Part shown: positions 8,197 to 17,841 of the stretch, one piece after another | Numbering within the stretch: position 1 is the stretch's first letter | Layout: each line of letters starts with the position of its first letter | NCBI GenBank assembly: GCA_945862145.1 | Contig: CAMAXE010000002.1 | Coordinates: 72,284-136,283, forward strand | Length of the DNA: 64,000 nucleotides | Reading direction: 5' to 3' | Origin: Klebsiella pneumoniae | Lineage (GTDB): Bacteria > Pseudomonadota > Gammaproteobacteria > Pseudomonadales > UBA5518 | The notes under the pieces: model-generated | Told to the model about the DNA's origin: nothing | The model's input: the letters and a program-made list of their open reading frames with translations, nothing else | Database searches by the model: none | Position numbers and translations under genes: made by a program

Positions 8197-9320
8197 ACAT
8201 GACGACCATGACGCGTGCCCTGATTATTGTTCTCGCTGCGGGTCTGACACTCTTCGCGCCCTCGCCCGTGCGAGCCGAGCGACTGAAGGACCTAACGACC
8301 CTCGCGGGAGTTCGCAGCAACCACCTGATCGGTTACGGTCTGGTCGTGGGGCTCGACGGCACCGGAGACCAGACCACGCAGGCGCCCTTCACCTCGCAGT
8401 CGTTTCTCAGCATGCTTCGCCAGTTCGGCATCGCATTGCCGGAGGGCGTGCGTTTGCAGTTGAAGAACGTCGCAGCCGTGTCGGTGCATGGCTCGCTGCC
8501 GCCATTTTCGAAACCCGGCCAGACCATCGACATCACGGTTTCCTCGCTCGCGAACGCCAAGAGCCTGCGCGGCGGCACCTTGCTGTTGACGCCGCTGAAG
8601 GGCGTCGATGGCCAGGTCTATGCGATGGGGCAGGGCGATCTGGTGGTCGGCGGATTCGGCGCCGAAGGTGGCGATGGCTCCAGGATCACGGTGAATGTGC
8701 CGAGCGTTGGTCGTATCGCCGGTGGCGCAATCGTGGAGCGGGCGGTAGAGACTTCGTTCACCCAGGATTCCAATCTTGTATTCAACCTGCTGCGTCCGGA
8801 TTTCACCACGGCGATGCGTATCGCCGAGCGCGTGAATGAGGTGCTCGGCGGGGGCGTAGCCTCGGCGATGGACGCGGGCTCGATTCATGTGCGCGGTCCG
8901 GAAAACATCGACCAGCGTGTGTCCTACATGTCGATGCTCGAGAACCTTGAAGTCGAGCCGGGCGAGGCGCCGGCACGCGTGGTGATCAACTCGCGCACCG
9001 GCACTATCGTGGTGGGTAACCACGTGCACGTCGAGCCGGTGGCGGTCACACACGGCAGCCTCACGGTCGTTATCACAGAGAACACGCAGGTGAGTCAGCC
9101 CGGTCCGCTGGGCGGGCAGGGCCAGACGGTGGTGACGCCGCAATCACAGATCGACGTGACGCAGGGCACTAACCGCATGTGGCAGTTCGATGCGATCAAC
9201 ACGCTCGACGATCTCGTCCAGGCGGTGAACCAGGTGGGCGCGGCCCCCGGAGACCTGATGGCGATCCTCGAGGCGCTCAAGCAGTCTGGCGCACTGCGCG
9301 CCGACCTCATCGTGATCTGA
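8181..9320 (+). CDS. flgI: Flagellar P-ring protein FlgI
   Basis: 379 aa. [31 protein letters not shown] and C-terminal [17 protein letters not shown]. The start may instead be the ATG at 8199 or 8208, just after the flgH stop. Confidence 0.93.
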   Translation: MVAPVNMTTMTRALIIVLAAGLTLFAPSPVRAERLKDLTTLAGVRSNHLIGYGLVVGLDGTGDQTTQAPFTSQSFLSMLRQFGIALPEGVRLQLKNVAAVSVHGSLPPFSKPGQTIDITVSSLANAKSLRGGTLLLTPLKGVDGQVYAMGQGDLVVGGFGAEGGDGSRITVNVPSVGRIAGGAIVERAVETSFTQDSNLVFNLLRPDFTTAMRIAERVNEVLGGGVASAMDAGSIHVRGPENIDQRVSYMSMLENLEVEPGEAPARVVINSRTGTIVVGNHVHVEPVAVTHGSLTVVITENTQVSQPGPLGGQGQTVVTPQSQIDVTQGTNRMWQFDAINTLDDLVQAVNQVGAAPGDLMAILEALKQSGALRADLIVI

Positions 9321-9327
9321 GCGCGCC

Positions 9328-10377
9328 ATGGATTACGCCTTCAACGATCTTGGTGGACTCCAGTCCATCAACAGGCTCGCGAAAAAAGACCGCGGTGCCG
9401 CGATCTCGCAGGTCGCGCAGCAGTTCGAGTCGTTTTTCGTCTCGCAGATGCTCAAGGGCATGCGCGCGGCAAACGATCTGCTGGCGGCGGATGACCCCTT
9501 TCAGACCCAGGAGATGCAGTTTCGCCAGCAGATGCTCGACGATCAGTTGGGCATATCGCTGTCACAGGGGCGCGGACTCGGGCTTGCAGATGTTTTCGAA
9601 CGCGGCCTGCGTCGGCAGTTCGGCGTGGAGGAGAAGCCAGCGGGTGCGGTGCGGCCCGGTGGTACGACAGATCTCGATACGCGACGCATAGATCGCGCGC
9701 CCGCCCTTAGTCGGCCGGATTCAGCTGCGGATGCCACGGCGAGCGGCGTTGCAGAGGCGGCGTTGCCGCGCGAGGCAACCGCACCGGTGCTGGCCGCGCC
9801 TCCTGCTCCTGCGGCGGGTATGTCCGAGATGCTGCGCGGTGCGATCGACGCCATCGAGCCTGCCGTGGAGCGCGCGCGCCAGGCCGCGGCGTCAGTCATC
9901 GAGCGTTTCAGTGACAAGAAAGGTTTTGTGGAGACGCTGGCTCCGATGGCGCGAAAGGCCGCGGAGAAACTCGGGGTCGATCACCGCGTTCTGCTCGCGC
10001 AGGCGGCGCTCGAGACCGGCTGGGGGCAGTCGATACTGGGCGATTCCGCAGGACGCAGCTCGTTCAACCTGTTCAATATCAAGGCAGGCAGCTTCTGGGC
10101 CGGCGGCAGCGTGGGCGTCAACACGCTGGAGGTTCGCGACGGTATTACGCGCTCCGAGCGCGCGCGTTTCCGCGCCTACGGCTCCTTTGAAGAGAGCTTC
10201 TCGGATTACGCCGACACGCTGCTCGGCAGCGGCCGTTACCGCGATGCAATCCGCAGCGCCGGTGATGCGGCGTCCTTCGTTCACGGCCTGGCGCGTGGGG
10301 GTTATGCCACCGACCCGGGCTACGCCAAAAAGATACTCACGCTGTTGCGCGATCCCGCGATTGCAGGCGCACCATGA
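9328..10377 (+). CDS. flgJ: Flagellar rod-assembly protein/peptidoglycan hydrolase FlgJ
   Basis: 349 aa. N-terminal rod-binding region (QVAQQFESFFVSQMLKGMR), an Ala/Pro linker and a C-terminal glucosaminidase region (LLAQAALETGWGQS..NLFNIKAG). Confidence 0.9.
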   Translation: MDYAFNDLGGLQSINRLAKKDRGAAISQVAQQFESFFVSQMLKGMRAANDLLAADDPFQTQEMQFRQQMLDDQLGISLSQGRGLGLADVFERGLRRQFGVEEKPAGAVRPGGTTDLDTRRIDRAPALSRPDSAADATASGVAEAALPREATAPVLAAPPAPAAGMSEMLRGAIDAIEPAVERARQAAASVIERFSDKKGFVETLAPMARKAAEKLGVDHRVLLAQAALETGWGQSILGDSAGRSSFNLFNIKAGSFWAGGSVGVNTLEVRDGITRSERARFRAYGSFEESFSDYADTLLGSGRYRDAIRSAGDAASFVHGLARGGYATDPGYAKKILTLLRDPAIAGAP

Positions 10378-12383
10378 GTGATCTGATGCGGATTGCGCTC
10401 TCCGGGCTGGTGGCAAACCAGGCCGCGCTGAGCACGGTCGGACACAACATCGCCGGGGCAGGGGTGGAGGGCTTCAGCCGTCAGCGCGTCGAGCTGGGCA
10501 CGCAGGCGCCGCAGTACTTCCCCGGTGGCTACGTCGGGCGCGGCGTGGACGTCAACGCAATCACCCGCACGGTCGATGAGTTCGTCACCCGTCAGTTGCG
10601 TACCGACACCTGGCTCTACAACTCGGCACAGAGTTTCCGTTTCTACGCCGATCAGATCGACAGTACCCTCAGCGATCCCGCACTCGGTCTCTCGGGCAGC
10701 ATCGACCGCTTCTTCGCGACGTTCCAGGCGGCCTCCGGTGACCCGACGTGGATCCCCGACCGACAGGTTGTCATCAGTGAGGCGCAGGCGCTCGCGGAGG
10801 GTTTCAACGGTCTCTACGACCGTTTTTCCCAGCTGAACACATCCGTCAACAGCCAGCTCGACAGCTTGGCGGCCGACGTTGATTCACTGGCCACGCTTAT
10901 CGCTGATCTTAACCTGAAGATCCAGGCGGCTACGGGGATCGGTGGTGGCAGCGCTCCGAATGATTTGCTCGATCAGCGCGATCAGCGCCTGCTCGAGCTG
11001 GCGGCGATTGTCGATCTCACCACCGTGCAGGACGGCAACGCCATCAACGTGCTGCTTGGCAAAGGGCAGGCGCTTGTCGTGGGCGGGGTGGCCAATGCCG
11101 TCATCACGGTTGCGGGTCGCTTCGATCCCTCGCGCCGCGATCTGGCCATTACCGTGGGCGGACAGACGCGGATCGTGTCGAACGAGGCCACCGGCGGCAA
11201 GGTGGGCGGCTTGCTGCAATTCCGCGAGCGGGTGCTCGATCAGGCGTTCAATCAGGTCGGACGCGTCGCCATAGGGCTTGTGGCCGGTGTGAACGACCAG
11301 AATGCGCTGGGCATGGATCTCGAAGGTGACCTTGGAGGCCTGTTTTTCGGCGATGTCAACGGCGGGCTTTCTCCCACGCTGCGGGCGCGGCCCGCCGGTG
11401 ACAACGATCCCGCGTCTTCGGGCGTGGTAACAGTGACGATCGATGACCCATCCAAACTTTCCACAAGTTCCTATCAGCTCGATGTGCTGGCCGGTGGGGC
11501 TTGGCGCCTTTATCGCAATCTCGACGGCACGGTGGTCGCGAACGGTGCAGCACTCACTGATCCTCTGACCACTGTCGATGGATTCACACTCGATCTGAAC
11601 CTGCCTGCCGGCAGTTTCTTGCCGGGCGACAGTTATCTCATCGAGCCGACGCGCCTGGGTGCGAAGGATGTATCGCGCAACATCAGTCGTCCGGAGGACC
11701 TTGCACTCGCGCAGCCGGTGCGGGCAACGCCTGCAACGGGGAATCTCGGGCAGGGCATTGTCGCGGTGGGCGATGTGTTCGATACCTCGCTGCCGCTTTT
11801 CACGACGACCCCGCGTCAGCTGGCGCCACCGCTGTTGCTGCGATTTACCGGGCCCACCACCTACGACGTGCTCGATAACAGCGATCCCGCGAACCCGACG
11901 CAGTTGGCGCCCGGGCTGATAGGGCTGAGCTTCACTCCCGGTGTGAGCAACACGCTATTCAGCACGACCCCAGGCGATCCTGACTATTTCGGTTTCCAGG
12001 TCGGCATCAATGGCGACCCCGTCGCTGGGGACTCCTTCGCGATCGGTTACAACACGGGCGGCAAATCGGACAACCGTAATGCGGTGGCTCTTGGAAAGCT
12101 CCAGATTGCCGATACCCTTGCCAACGGCAGCGCGACGTACCAGTCGGCCTATGGGCAACTGGTGGGATTCGTCGGCACCGAGACGCGGCAGGCACGCATA
12201 GACAGCGATGCCGGCAAGGTTCTGGTCACACAGACGCAGGCGATTCGCGACGAGGTCTCGGGTGTGAATCTCGACGAGGAGGCGACCGACCTGATTCGGT
12301 TCCAGCAGGCATATAACGCAACGGCACAGGTGATCGCGGTGGCGCGTTCGCTGATCGACACCCTGTTGAAGGCCACGTCATGA
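10374..12383 (+). CDS. flgK: Flagellar hook-associated protein 1 FlgK
   Basis: 669 aa. N-terminus LSGLVANQAALSTVGHNIAGAGVEGFSRQRV and C-terminus VNLDEEATDLIRFQQAYNATAQVIAVARSL. There is a 4-nt overlap with flgJ. Confidence 0.92.
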   Translation: MSDLMRIALSGLVANQAALSTVGHNIAGAGVEGFSRQRVELGTQAPQYFPGGYVGRGVDVNAITRTVDEFVTRQLRTDTWLYNSAQSFRFYADQIDSTLSDPALGLSGSIDRFFATFQAASGDPTWIPDRQVVISEAQALAEGFNGLYDRFSQLNTSVNSQLDSLAADVDSLATLIADLNLKIQAATGIGGGSAPNDLLDQRDQRLLELAAIVDLTTVQDGNAINVLLGKGQALVVGGVANAVITVAGRFDPSRRDLAITVGGQTRIVSNEATGGKVGGLLQFRERVLDQAFNQVGRVAIGLVAGVNDQNALGMDLEGDLGGLFFGDVNGGLSPTLRARPAGDNDPASSGVVTVTIDDPSKLSTSSYQLDVLAGGAWRLYRNLDGTVVANGAALTDPLTTVDGFTLDLNLPAGSFLPGDSYLIEPTRLGAKDVSRNISRPEDLALAQPVRATPATGNLGQGIVAVGDVFDTSLPLFTTTPRQLAPPLLLRFTGPTTYDVLDNSDPANPTQLAPGLIGLSFTPGVSNTLFSTTPGDPDYFGFQVGINGDPVAGDSFAIGYNTGGKSDNRNAVALGKLQIADTLANGSATYQSAYGQLVGFVGTETRQARIDSDAGKVLVTQTQAIRDEVSGVNLDEEATDLIRFQQAYNATAQVIAVARSLIDTLLKATS

Positions 12384-12396
12384 GTACGGTGCGGTC

Positions 12397-13626
12397 ATGA
12401 GAATAGCCACCTCCCAGATATTCTCCTCGGGGCTGCGCGGAATTCAGGATTCCCAGGCGGCAGTTGCGCGCACGCAGGCCGAGATCTCCGCCGGGAAGCG
12501 CGTGCTGACACCCGCCGACGATCCCGCGGTGGCCACCCTTGCCGGTCGGATCCGGCAGGACGCAGCACGTTCCGACCAGTACCTGCGCAACATCGACGTT
12601 GCCCAGCGGGATCTGCAGCAGCAAGAGGCGCAGATAAGCTCCGTCGAAGACACGCTGTACCGCCTGCGGGAGCTTTTCGTCAGTGCTGGAAACGGCGGCT
12701 ATGGAGCCAGCGAGCGCTCGACGATCGCCGCCGAACTGGAGTCAAAGGCGCTCGAGTTACAAGGTCTGTTCAATACCCAGAGCGCCAGCGGTGAGTTCAC
12801 CTTTGGGGGCTACCAGGGCAGCGCCGCGCCCTTCGTGACCCGACCGGGCGGTGCGGTCGAGTACCGTGGTGACACCGGCCAGCGTTCCCTGCAGGTATCC
12901 ACTGGCGTGGATATCGTCGTGACGGGCAACGGCAGGGATCTCTTCGAGAACATTCCCGCCGCCAACAACACCTTCGCCACGCGGGTGGGCAGCGCCAACA
13001 CCGGTAGCGGCAATATCGACCCCGGACGCATCGTCGATCAGGTGGCCTACGATGCGGCGTTTCCAGGCGACATCGTACTCAGTTTTGATGCTCCGCTAGG
13101 TCCCGATTCCTTCAGTGCCTACCGCAGGGATCGCAACACCGGCGCACTCACGCTGGTCTCCACTCAAGCATTTTCCTCCGGCAGCCCGGTAATCGTGGCC
13201 GGCGCTGAGGTTCGCGTCATCGGAACGCCCGCTGCCGGTGACGAGTTCGTTCTGGAAGCCGCCAACAGACAGCCTCTGATAACCACCGTACAGCGCCTCG
13301 CTGCCAGTTTGCGCGACACCGATGATTCCCCCGCCGGCAACGCTGAGCGTAGTGCCGCTGTAGCCGAGGCGCTGGGGAATCTCTCGCTCGCCGAGTCGCA
13401 CGTGTTTTCGCAGCGCGCCGAACTCGGTGCCAGCCTGAACCTCGTCGACACCGCGCGCGAGGAGCAAAAGCAGAGCAAGCTGATCAACGAGGAATTGCTC
13501 TCGCAGGTCGAGAACCTCGATTACAATGAGGCCATCAGCCGTTTGAGCTTTCAGTCGTTTGTACTGGAAGCTGCGCAGAAGAGTCTGGCAAAGGTGTCGG
13601 GTCTGTCGCTGTTCGATTACCTCTGA
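12397..13626 (+). CDS. flgL: Flagellar hook-associated protein 3 FlgL
   Basis: 409 aa. MRIATSQIFSSGLRGIQDSQAAVARTQAEISAGKRVLTPADDP and C-terminal DYNEAISRLSFQSFVLEAAQKS (flagellin-like termini). Confidence 0.9.
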   Translation: MRIATSQIFSSGLRGIQDSQAAVARTQAEISAGKRVLTPADDPAVATLAGRIRQDAARSDQYLRNIDVAQRDLQQQEAQISSVEDTLYRLRELFVSAGNGGYGASERSTIAAELESKALELQGLFNTQSASGEFTFGGYQGSAAPFVTRPGGAVEYRGDTGQRSLQVSTGVDIVVTGNGRDLFENIPAANNTFATRVGSANTGSGNIDPGRIVDQVAYDAAFPGDIVLSFDAPLGPDSFSAYRRDRNTGALTLVSTQAFSSGSPVIVAGAEVRVIGTPAAGDEFVLEAANRQPLITTVQRLAASLRDTDDSPAGNAERSAAVAEALGNLSLAESHVFSQRAELGASLNLVDTAREEQKQSKLINEELLSQVENLDYNEAISRLSFQSFVLEAAQKSLAKVSGLSLFDYL

Positions 13627-13649
13627 GCGCGTTGCGCGTCCAGAGTGCG

Positions 13650-14000
13650 TCAGCCGGCGGTGTCGTCGATCTCGCCATACGCCAGGATGGCTTTGCGCTG
13701 GTGAGCGCCCTGCTGTGACAACGAGATGGTCTCGTTCAGCGCGGTCGTGGCTGTATCCGCGATGCGTTGGTTGGCCTCTGCGAGGGCGAGCAGGGTGTCG
13801 CGCCTGAGGGTCGCATCGTCCAGCACCGCGAGTGCATCGCAGATGCGCCGCAGGCGCGTATCGCGCTCCGCTGCAAGCGCATCCAGTGCCTCGCCTTGCG
13901 CTTGCGCGATCCCGGAGAGCAACTGCATCTCAAGCTCACGCAGCCCCTCCAGCTCGGTCCGTATCGGGGTCGGAAGGTGGGCGAGGTGGGCGAGGTCCAT
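13650..14000 (-). CDS. Small helical flagellar-locus protein, FliT-like export chaperone (tentative)
   Basis: 116 aa. Its start lies 3 nt after the fliD stop, so the two are tightly coupled. The C-terminal ..QQGAHQRKAILAYGEI resembles the enterobacterial FliT C-terminal motif (..QKS[LV]xxAYG..) as I remember it. The position after fliD also fits FliT. Confidence 0.5.
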   Translation of the reverse strand: MDLAHLAHLPTPIRTELEGLRELEMQLLSGIAQAQGEALDALAAERDTRLRRICDALAVLDDATLRRDTLLALAEANQRIADTATTALNETISLSQQGAHQRKAILAYGEIDDTAG

Positions 14001-14003
14001 CTA

Positions 14004-15452
14004 TTAATTGCCGGAACTGCCGGTGATGATCGCGGAGGTGCTCTTCAACTGCGCGAGGAGGTAGTCGCCGTTGCTCTTGGTACGAGCGACCAGTGCGTCC
14101 AGGGCCGAGAAGCGCTTGCGGTAATCCTCGTTCAGTGCCTCCAGGCGGCTGAGGACCGCATCCCGCTCCTTGCTGATCGATTTGATCTGTCGGTCGAAAC
14201 CCTGCGAGCGCGCGTCGAGCAGGCCATCGCGTTCCACGAAACTCTCGATCAAGGTGTCGAGGCGCTTGCCAACAGCGGTGTCTCCGGTGAGCAGGCTGGT
14301 GACGCCCGGCAGCTGATCGGTGAGCGCGGTGTCCAGTTTGGTGCTGTCGATTTTCAGGGTGCCGTCGGCCTGTAACGACACCCCGATATCGCCAAGCGAA
14401 CCTGGCGAGCTGCCCGCCGCACCGACCGAGCCGATGATGTTGCGGATCTGCGAGGAGATATTGCGTACCGTGGAGTCGCCGTTCAGCGTCGCACCCTTGC
14501 CGGTCGTCTTGTCGTAGGCGGTCAGGTTCTTGATCGTCCTGGCGAGATCGTTGTATGCGGCCACGAAGGCCTCTATCTTGCCGCGGGCAGTCGATACATC
14601 CCGGCTCACGCCCAGCGTCTCAACGGGCGGGGAGAGCGGATCGGTCGGCTCCTTCAGCACGGTGAGGCTCACGCCTTCGATCACATCCGCGAAGGTATTG
14701 CTGCTGCTGATCGCCGTGAAGCCGTCGATCGCGATACGAGCATTCTTGGCTGCCTGCGTTTCGTCGAGCTGGCTGTTCAGCGCGTCAGAGGAAGAAAAAT
14801 AGAACCGTGACAGCCCCGCACTGTCGGTGTTGGCGAGGTCCGCATCGCTCACGCTGGTCTCGATGCTGTTGGCCGTGCCGGTGTCGGAGGCGGTGAGCAG
14901 CAGCCGGGTCACCGTCCCGGCCGAGATATCCAGTGGATCCTTGGCTGCGACAATCAGCGAGGCGCTGACGCCGGTGTTCGAAGCATCGTTGTTGATCGCG
15001 TCGCGCAGGCCCTGCAGCGTGGTGCTGGCGTCGGTGCTGATCGAGAAGCTGTCGCCGCCCACCGAGATGCTGAGCGTGCCTGCGCCCACCAGCGAGGCCG
15101 AGGACGCGAAGTCCGCGGTGCTGGCGAGCTTCTGCGCAGAAGCCTTGTCGAGCACCTGCACGCTGTAGCGCCCGAGCGCGGCCCCAGCAGAGCCGGAGGC
15201 GCTGAACAGTGTGCTGCCCCCGGTGCTGATCGCGGGGCGGCCAATCGCAGCGGCGTCATTCAATGCCGCGGCGGCCGTGCGGAATTTGTCGAGGCTGCTT
15301 TTGAGCGAGCCGAAGGCGGAGATGCCCGCCTGGACCTTCGCCTCCCGTGCCGCGAGGCTGTTCAGGCGTGGTTGGCCTTCGTTCTGGATCAGCTTGGTGA
15401 CCAGACTCTCCAGATCGAGACCCGAGCCTACACCGAGTGTTCCGATGCCCAT
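14004..15452 (-). CDS. fliD: Flagellar filament cap protein FliD
   Basis: 482 aa. MGIGTLGVGSGLDLESLVTKLIQNEGQPRLNSLAAREAKVQAGISAFGSLKSSLDKF is the canonical FliD N-terminus. Confidence 0.92.
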   Translation of the reverse strand: MGIGTLGVGSGLDLESLVTKLIQNEGQPRLNSLAAREAKVQAGISAFGSLKSSLDKFRTAAAALNDAAAIGRPAISTGGSTLFSASGSAGAALGRYSVQVLDKASAQKLASTADFASSASLVGAGTLSISVGGDSFSISTDASTTLQGLRDAINNDASNTGVSASLIVAAKDPLDISAGTVTRLLLTASDTGTANSIETSVSDADLANTDSAGLSRFYFSSSDALNSQLDETQAAKNARIAIDGFTAISSSNTFADVIEGVSLTVLKEPTDPLSPPVETLGVSRDVSTARGKIEAFVAAYNDLARTIKNLTAYDKTTGKGATLNGDSTVRNISSQIRNIIGSVGAAGSSPGSLGDIGVSLQADGTLKIDSTKLDTALTDQLPGVTSLLTGDTAVGKRLDTLIESFVERDGLLDARSQGFDRQIKSISKERDAVLSRLEALNEDYRKRFSALDALVARTKSNGDYLLAQLKSTSAIITGSSGN

Positions 15453-15487
15453 CCTGTTACTCCCACGCGTGCTATTCGGGTTTCACA

Positions 15488-15503
15488 TGCATGACTCGCG
15501 CCA
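15488..15503 (-). promoter_or_regulatory. Sigma54-like promoter upstream of fliD
   Basis: The minus strand reads TGGCGC-GAGTC-ATGCA (GG-N10-GC). The predicted +1 is about 25 nt upstream of the fliD ATG (15452), which has a GGGAG SD. The -12 region is imperfect (ATGC rather than TTGC). Confidence 0.4.
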
Positions 15504-15523
15504 CTTGCGCTGATACCGCGCGC

Positions 15524-15940
15524 TCAGGCCTGATCCGAGAACAGCAGGCCGGGACCGCCCGGCTCGGCATCGAGCTGTTTGAGTTTCTCGGCAAGCCTGA
15601 TCATCGTTTCGCTCGGGATCTGCCGGATCACTTCGTCCGTGGCGTTGTCGATCACCGATACCACGACACCGTCGATTGCTTCGCTCACGCGGAAAGACAG
15701 TGCACGCGAATCCGGCTGGATCCGCGGCCCGACCTGCTCGAGCAGGGCCTCCAGCTTTTCGCGCGTTTCGTTCATGGCGCTGGCCCCCGCTGCAGGGGCG
15801 GGGGCCGGTTGGGCGCCACCGCCCGCATCCGCACGCACGGGCGCCAGTTGTACGCCGCCTTGTCCGGGCGCCGGCGTGGCGGCCCGGAGGTTGCCATCGA
15901 CGCGCGGCGCAGGCGTCGAGGCCGATCGAATGCTGTCCAT
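15524..15940 (-). CDS. flaG: FlaG-family flagellar protein
   Basis: 138 aa. C-terminal ALSFRVSEAIDGVVVSVIDNATDEVIRQIPSETMIRLAEKL is FlaG-like. It lies between fliC and fliD, as in Pseudomonas and Vibrio. Confidence 0.85.
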   Translation of the reverse strand: MDSIRSASTPAPRVDGNLRAATPAPGQGGVQLAPVRADAGGGAQPAPAPAAGASAMNETREKLEALLEQVGPRIQPDSRALSFRVSEAIDGVVVSVIDNATDEVIRQIPSETMIRLAEKLKQLDAEPGGPGLLFSDQA

Positions 15941-15979
15941 GTTTCAGCCCCCCTCTGGTGGACTGCAGGAACGGCGGAA

Positions 15980-16007
15980 GGGGGGCAAGACCGCGTCTTG
16001 CCCCCCC
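15980..16007 (-). terminator. GC-rich hairpin just downstream of fliC (possible partial terminator or attenuator before flaG)
   Basis: GGGGGGCAAGA-ccgcg-TCTTGCCCCCC is an 11-bp perfect stem about 28 nt after the fliC stop. There is no clear U-tract on the minus strand (..CCCCCCTTCCGCC). Confidence 0.4.
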
Positions 16008-16034
16008 GACACCGCAAGGTGTCGTGCCATCGGC

Positions 16035-17516
16035 TTACTTAAGCAGCGCCAGCACGCCCTGCGGCAGAGCGTTGGCCTGCGCCAGTACCGAGATGCCGGC
16101 CTGCTGCAAGATCGAAGCGCGGGTCAGGTTCGAGGTTTCCAACGCGAAGTCTGCATCCACGATCCGGCTGCGTGCTGCCGTCACGTTCTCGGACACGTTG
16201 GCCAGGTTGCGGATCGTGCTCTGCAGGCGGTTCTGGATGGCACCCAGATCACCCCGTTGCCCCGAGACCGTGCCCAAGGCTGCATCCGCTACTGACAGGG
16301 CCGACTCGGCACCTGCAGCAGTGGAGATGTCGATACCCGCTACCGACGCGAAGGAGCTGTTGTTCGTTCCCGCCGTCGCGAAGACGTCCGCATTGGCGTT
16401 GGCCGTCGCGATGCTGCCCTTGGTGCTGGAGAGAGCGATGGTGCCGGTCTTGATCGCGGCAACGGTGCCACCTTCCGTCAGGGTCGAGCCGCCAAAGCTG
16501 ACCGACTCAGTGGCTCCACCGGTCGACGCGAATACGGTTAAGCCGACGTTCTGGCCAGTAGAGCTGGTAAAGGTCAGGTTGGACTTGTCACCGGCTGTAG
16601 TGAACGTTGCAGTGACACCGGTGGTGGCAGTCTGGCCGTTGACGGCGCTCAGGATGCCAGTGAGGTCCGACTTGTCCGAGATGACCGCGCTGATCGCTGT
16701 CGTGGTAACCGTGCTTCCACCGTTGATCAGGTTGAAAGTCACGGTGCCTGCGTTGCTCAGACCGCTGAAAGCCACGCTGTTCGTGGCGACGGCGGTAACA
16801 CCCTGTGACGACGAGGCACTGTTGATCACCGTTGCTATTTCAGCGGCACTTGAGTTCGCCGCATAGGCGATCGCGCCCGTGGTGGACGTGCCTGTGGAGC
16901 TGGTCACTGCCAGCGTGAGGTTGGTTTCTGCTGCAACGCCGTTCGCCGTACCGGAAGTGGTAACCACGTTGCCAGTGACGGTGCCGTCTGCAGTCAGAGA
17001 GTTAAGGCCCAAGGCAGTTGCACGGGCACTGGCGAGGGAGATGGAAATCGTCTCGTCCCTCTCCGAGCCCACCTGGAAGTCCTGGTCGGTGAAGGTGCCA
17101 TCGAGCAGGATCTTGCTGCCGAAGCGCGTGGTGGTTGCGTTGCGATCGATTTCCGACAGCAACTGGGTGACTTCAGACTGGAGCGCTGCGCGTTCGGCGG
17201 TGCCGTTGCTACCGTTGGCAGACTGCACTGCGAGCACGCGGATGCGCTGGAGGTTGGCGTCGGTCTCGGCGAGGGAGCCTTCGGCCACCTGGGCGACCGA
17301 GATGCCGTCGTTGGCATTACGGATGGCCTGGTTCAGGCCGAGGATCTGCGAGGTGAACTTGTTGGAGATCGAGAGGCCGGCGGCATCGTCCTTGGCGCTG
17401 TTGATGCGGAGGCCGGAGGACAGGCGCTGTAGCGAGGTCTCGAGGGCGCTGGCGGTCCTGTCCAGGTTCCGCTGAGCTGTCAGCGAAGAGATGTTCGTGT
17501 TAATAACTTGGGGCAT
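16035..17516 (-). CDS. fliC: Flagellin
   Basis: Re-called to the ATG at 17516 (MPQVINTNISSLTAQRNLDRTASALETSLQRLSSGLRINSAKDDAAGL). The C-terminus is DFALETSNLTRASILQQAGISVLAQANALPQGVLALLK. The Thr/Ser/Ala-rich central domain holds two flagellin 'IN'-like motifs (EIATVINSASSSQGVTAVA and LTGILSAVNGQTATTGVTATF). Confidence 0.95.
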   Translation of the reverse strand: MPQVINTNISSLTAQRNLDRTASALETSLQRLSSGLRINSAKDDAAGLSISNKFTSQILGLNQAIRNANDGISVAQVAEGSLAETDANLQRIRVLAVQSANGSNGTAERAALQSEVTQLLSEIDRNATTTRFGSKILLDGTFTDQDFQVGSERDETISISLASARATALGLNSLTADGTVTGNVVTTSGTANGVAAETNLTLAVTSSTGTSTTGAIAYAANSSAAEIATVINSASSSQGVTAVATNSVAFSGLSNAGTVTFNLINGGSTVTTTAISAVISDKSDLTGILSAVNGQTATTGVTATFTTAGDKSNLTFTSSTGQNVGLTVFASTGGATESVSFGGSTLTEGGTVAAIKTGTIALSSTKGSIATANANADVFATAGTNNSSFASVAGIDISTAAGAESALSVADAALGTVSGQRGDLGAIQNRLQSTIRNLANVSENVTAARSRIVDADFALETSNLTRASILQQAGISVLAQANALPQGVLALLK

Positions 17517-17614
17517 TGTCCTTCTCCTTGAGTGGGACGCGCCGGGTTGCATTACCCGAGGCTGCACTGGCTGCTGTGTTGCAGGTTCATGTCGATGTTC
17601 GACACTTGCAGAGG

Positions 17615-17641
17615 TTATCGACGCCGCCGTGGCAAACTTTA
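17615..17641 (-). promoter_or_regulatory. Sigma28 promoter of fliC
   Basis: The minus strand reads TAAAGTTT-N11-GTCGATAA (exact -35, 7/8 in the -10). The leader to the fliC ATG is about 90 nt. Confidence 0.7.
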
Positions 17642-17760
17642 GAAAATTTTTCGGGGGGCTGCGGGCATGCCTCTGCCAACTCGCCGGAGCAGCTTTGCCA
17701 CTCTACTGTAAGGAAGCGTCTCCCGGGCCCCGGGCTCCTCGCGAGCGCTGGCACTCGCGC

Positions 17761-17787
17761 TAAAGTCAGACCATTGGCCGCCGATAA
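17761..17787 (+). promoter_or_regulatory. Sigma28 promoter upstream of fliS
   Basis: The plus strand reads TAAAGTCA-N11-GCCGATAA (exact -10). It lies 55-65 nt upstream of the fliS start. Confidence 0.65.
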
Positions 17788-17841
17788 CAGATTCACGGTG
17801 GGAACGCGTCCACGAGTCCCCGTGATTCAATCCTCAACCTG

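Noticed and set aside
12104-12111. GCCGATAC inside flgK, considered as the -10 of an internal sigma28 promoter for flgL.
   Set aside because: The only upstream AAAG-like sequence is 7 nt away rather than 11, so the bipartite motif is not satisfied.
16014-16030. Sigma54-like sequence TGGCAC-GACAC-CTTGC on the minus strand between fliC and flaG.
   Set aside because: The GG-to-GC spacing is 11 nt, not the strict 10. It also lies between the fliC stop codon and the downstream hairpin, which is an implausible place for a flaG promoter.
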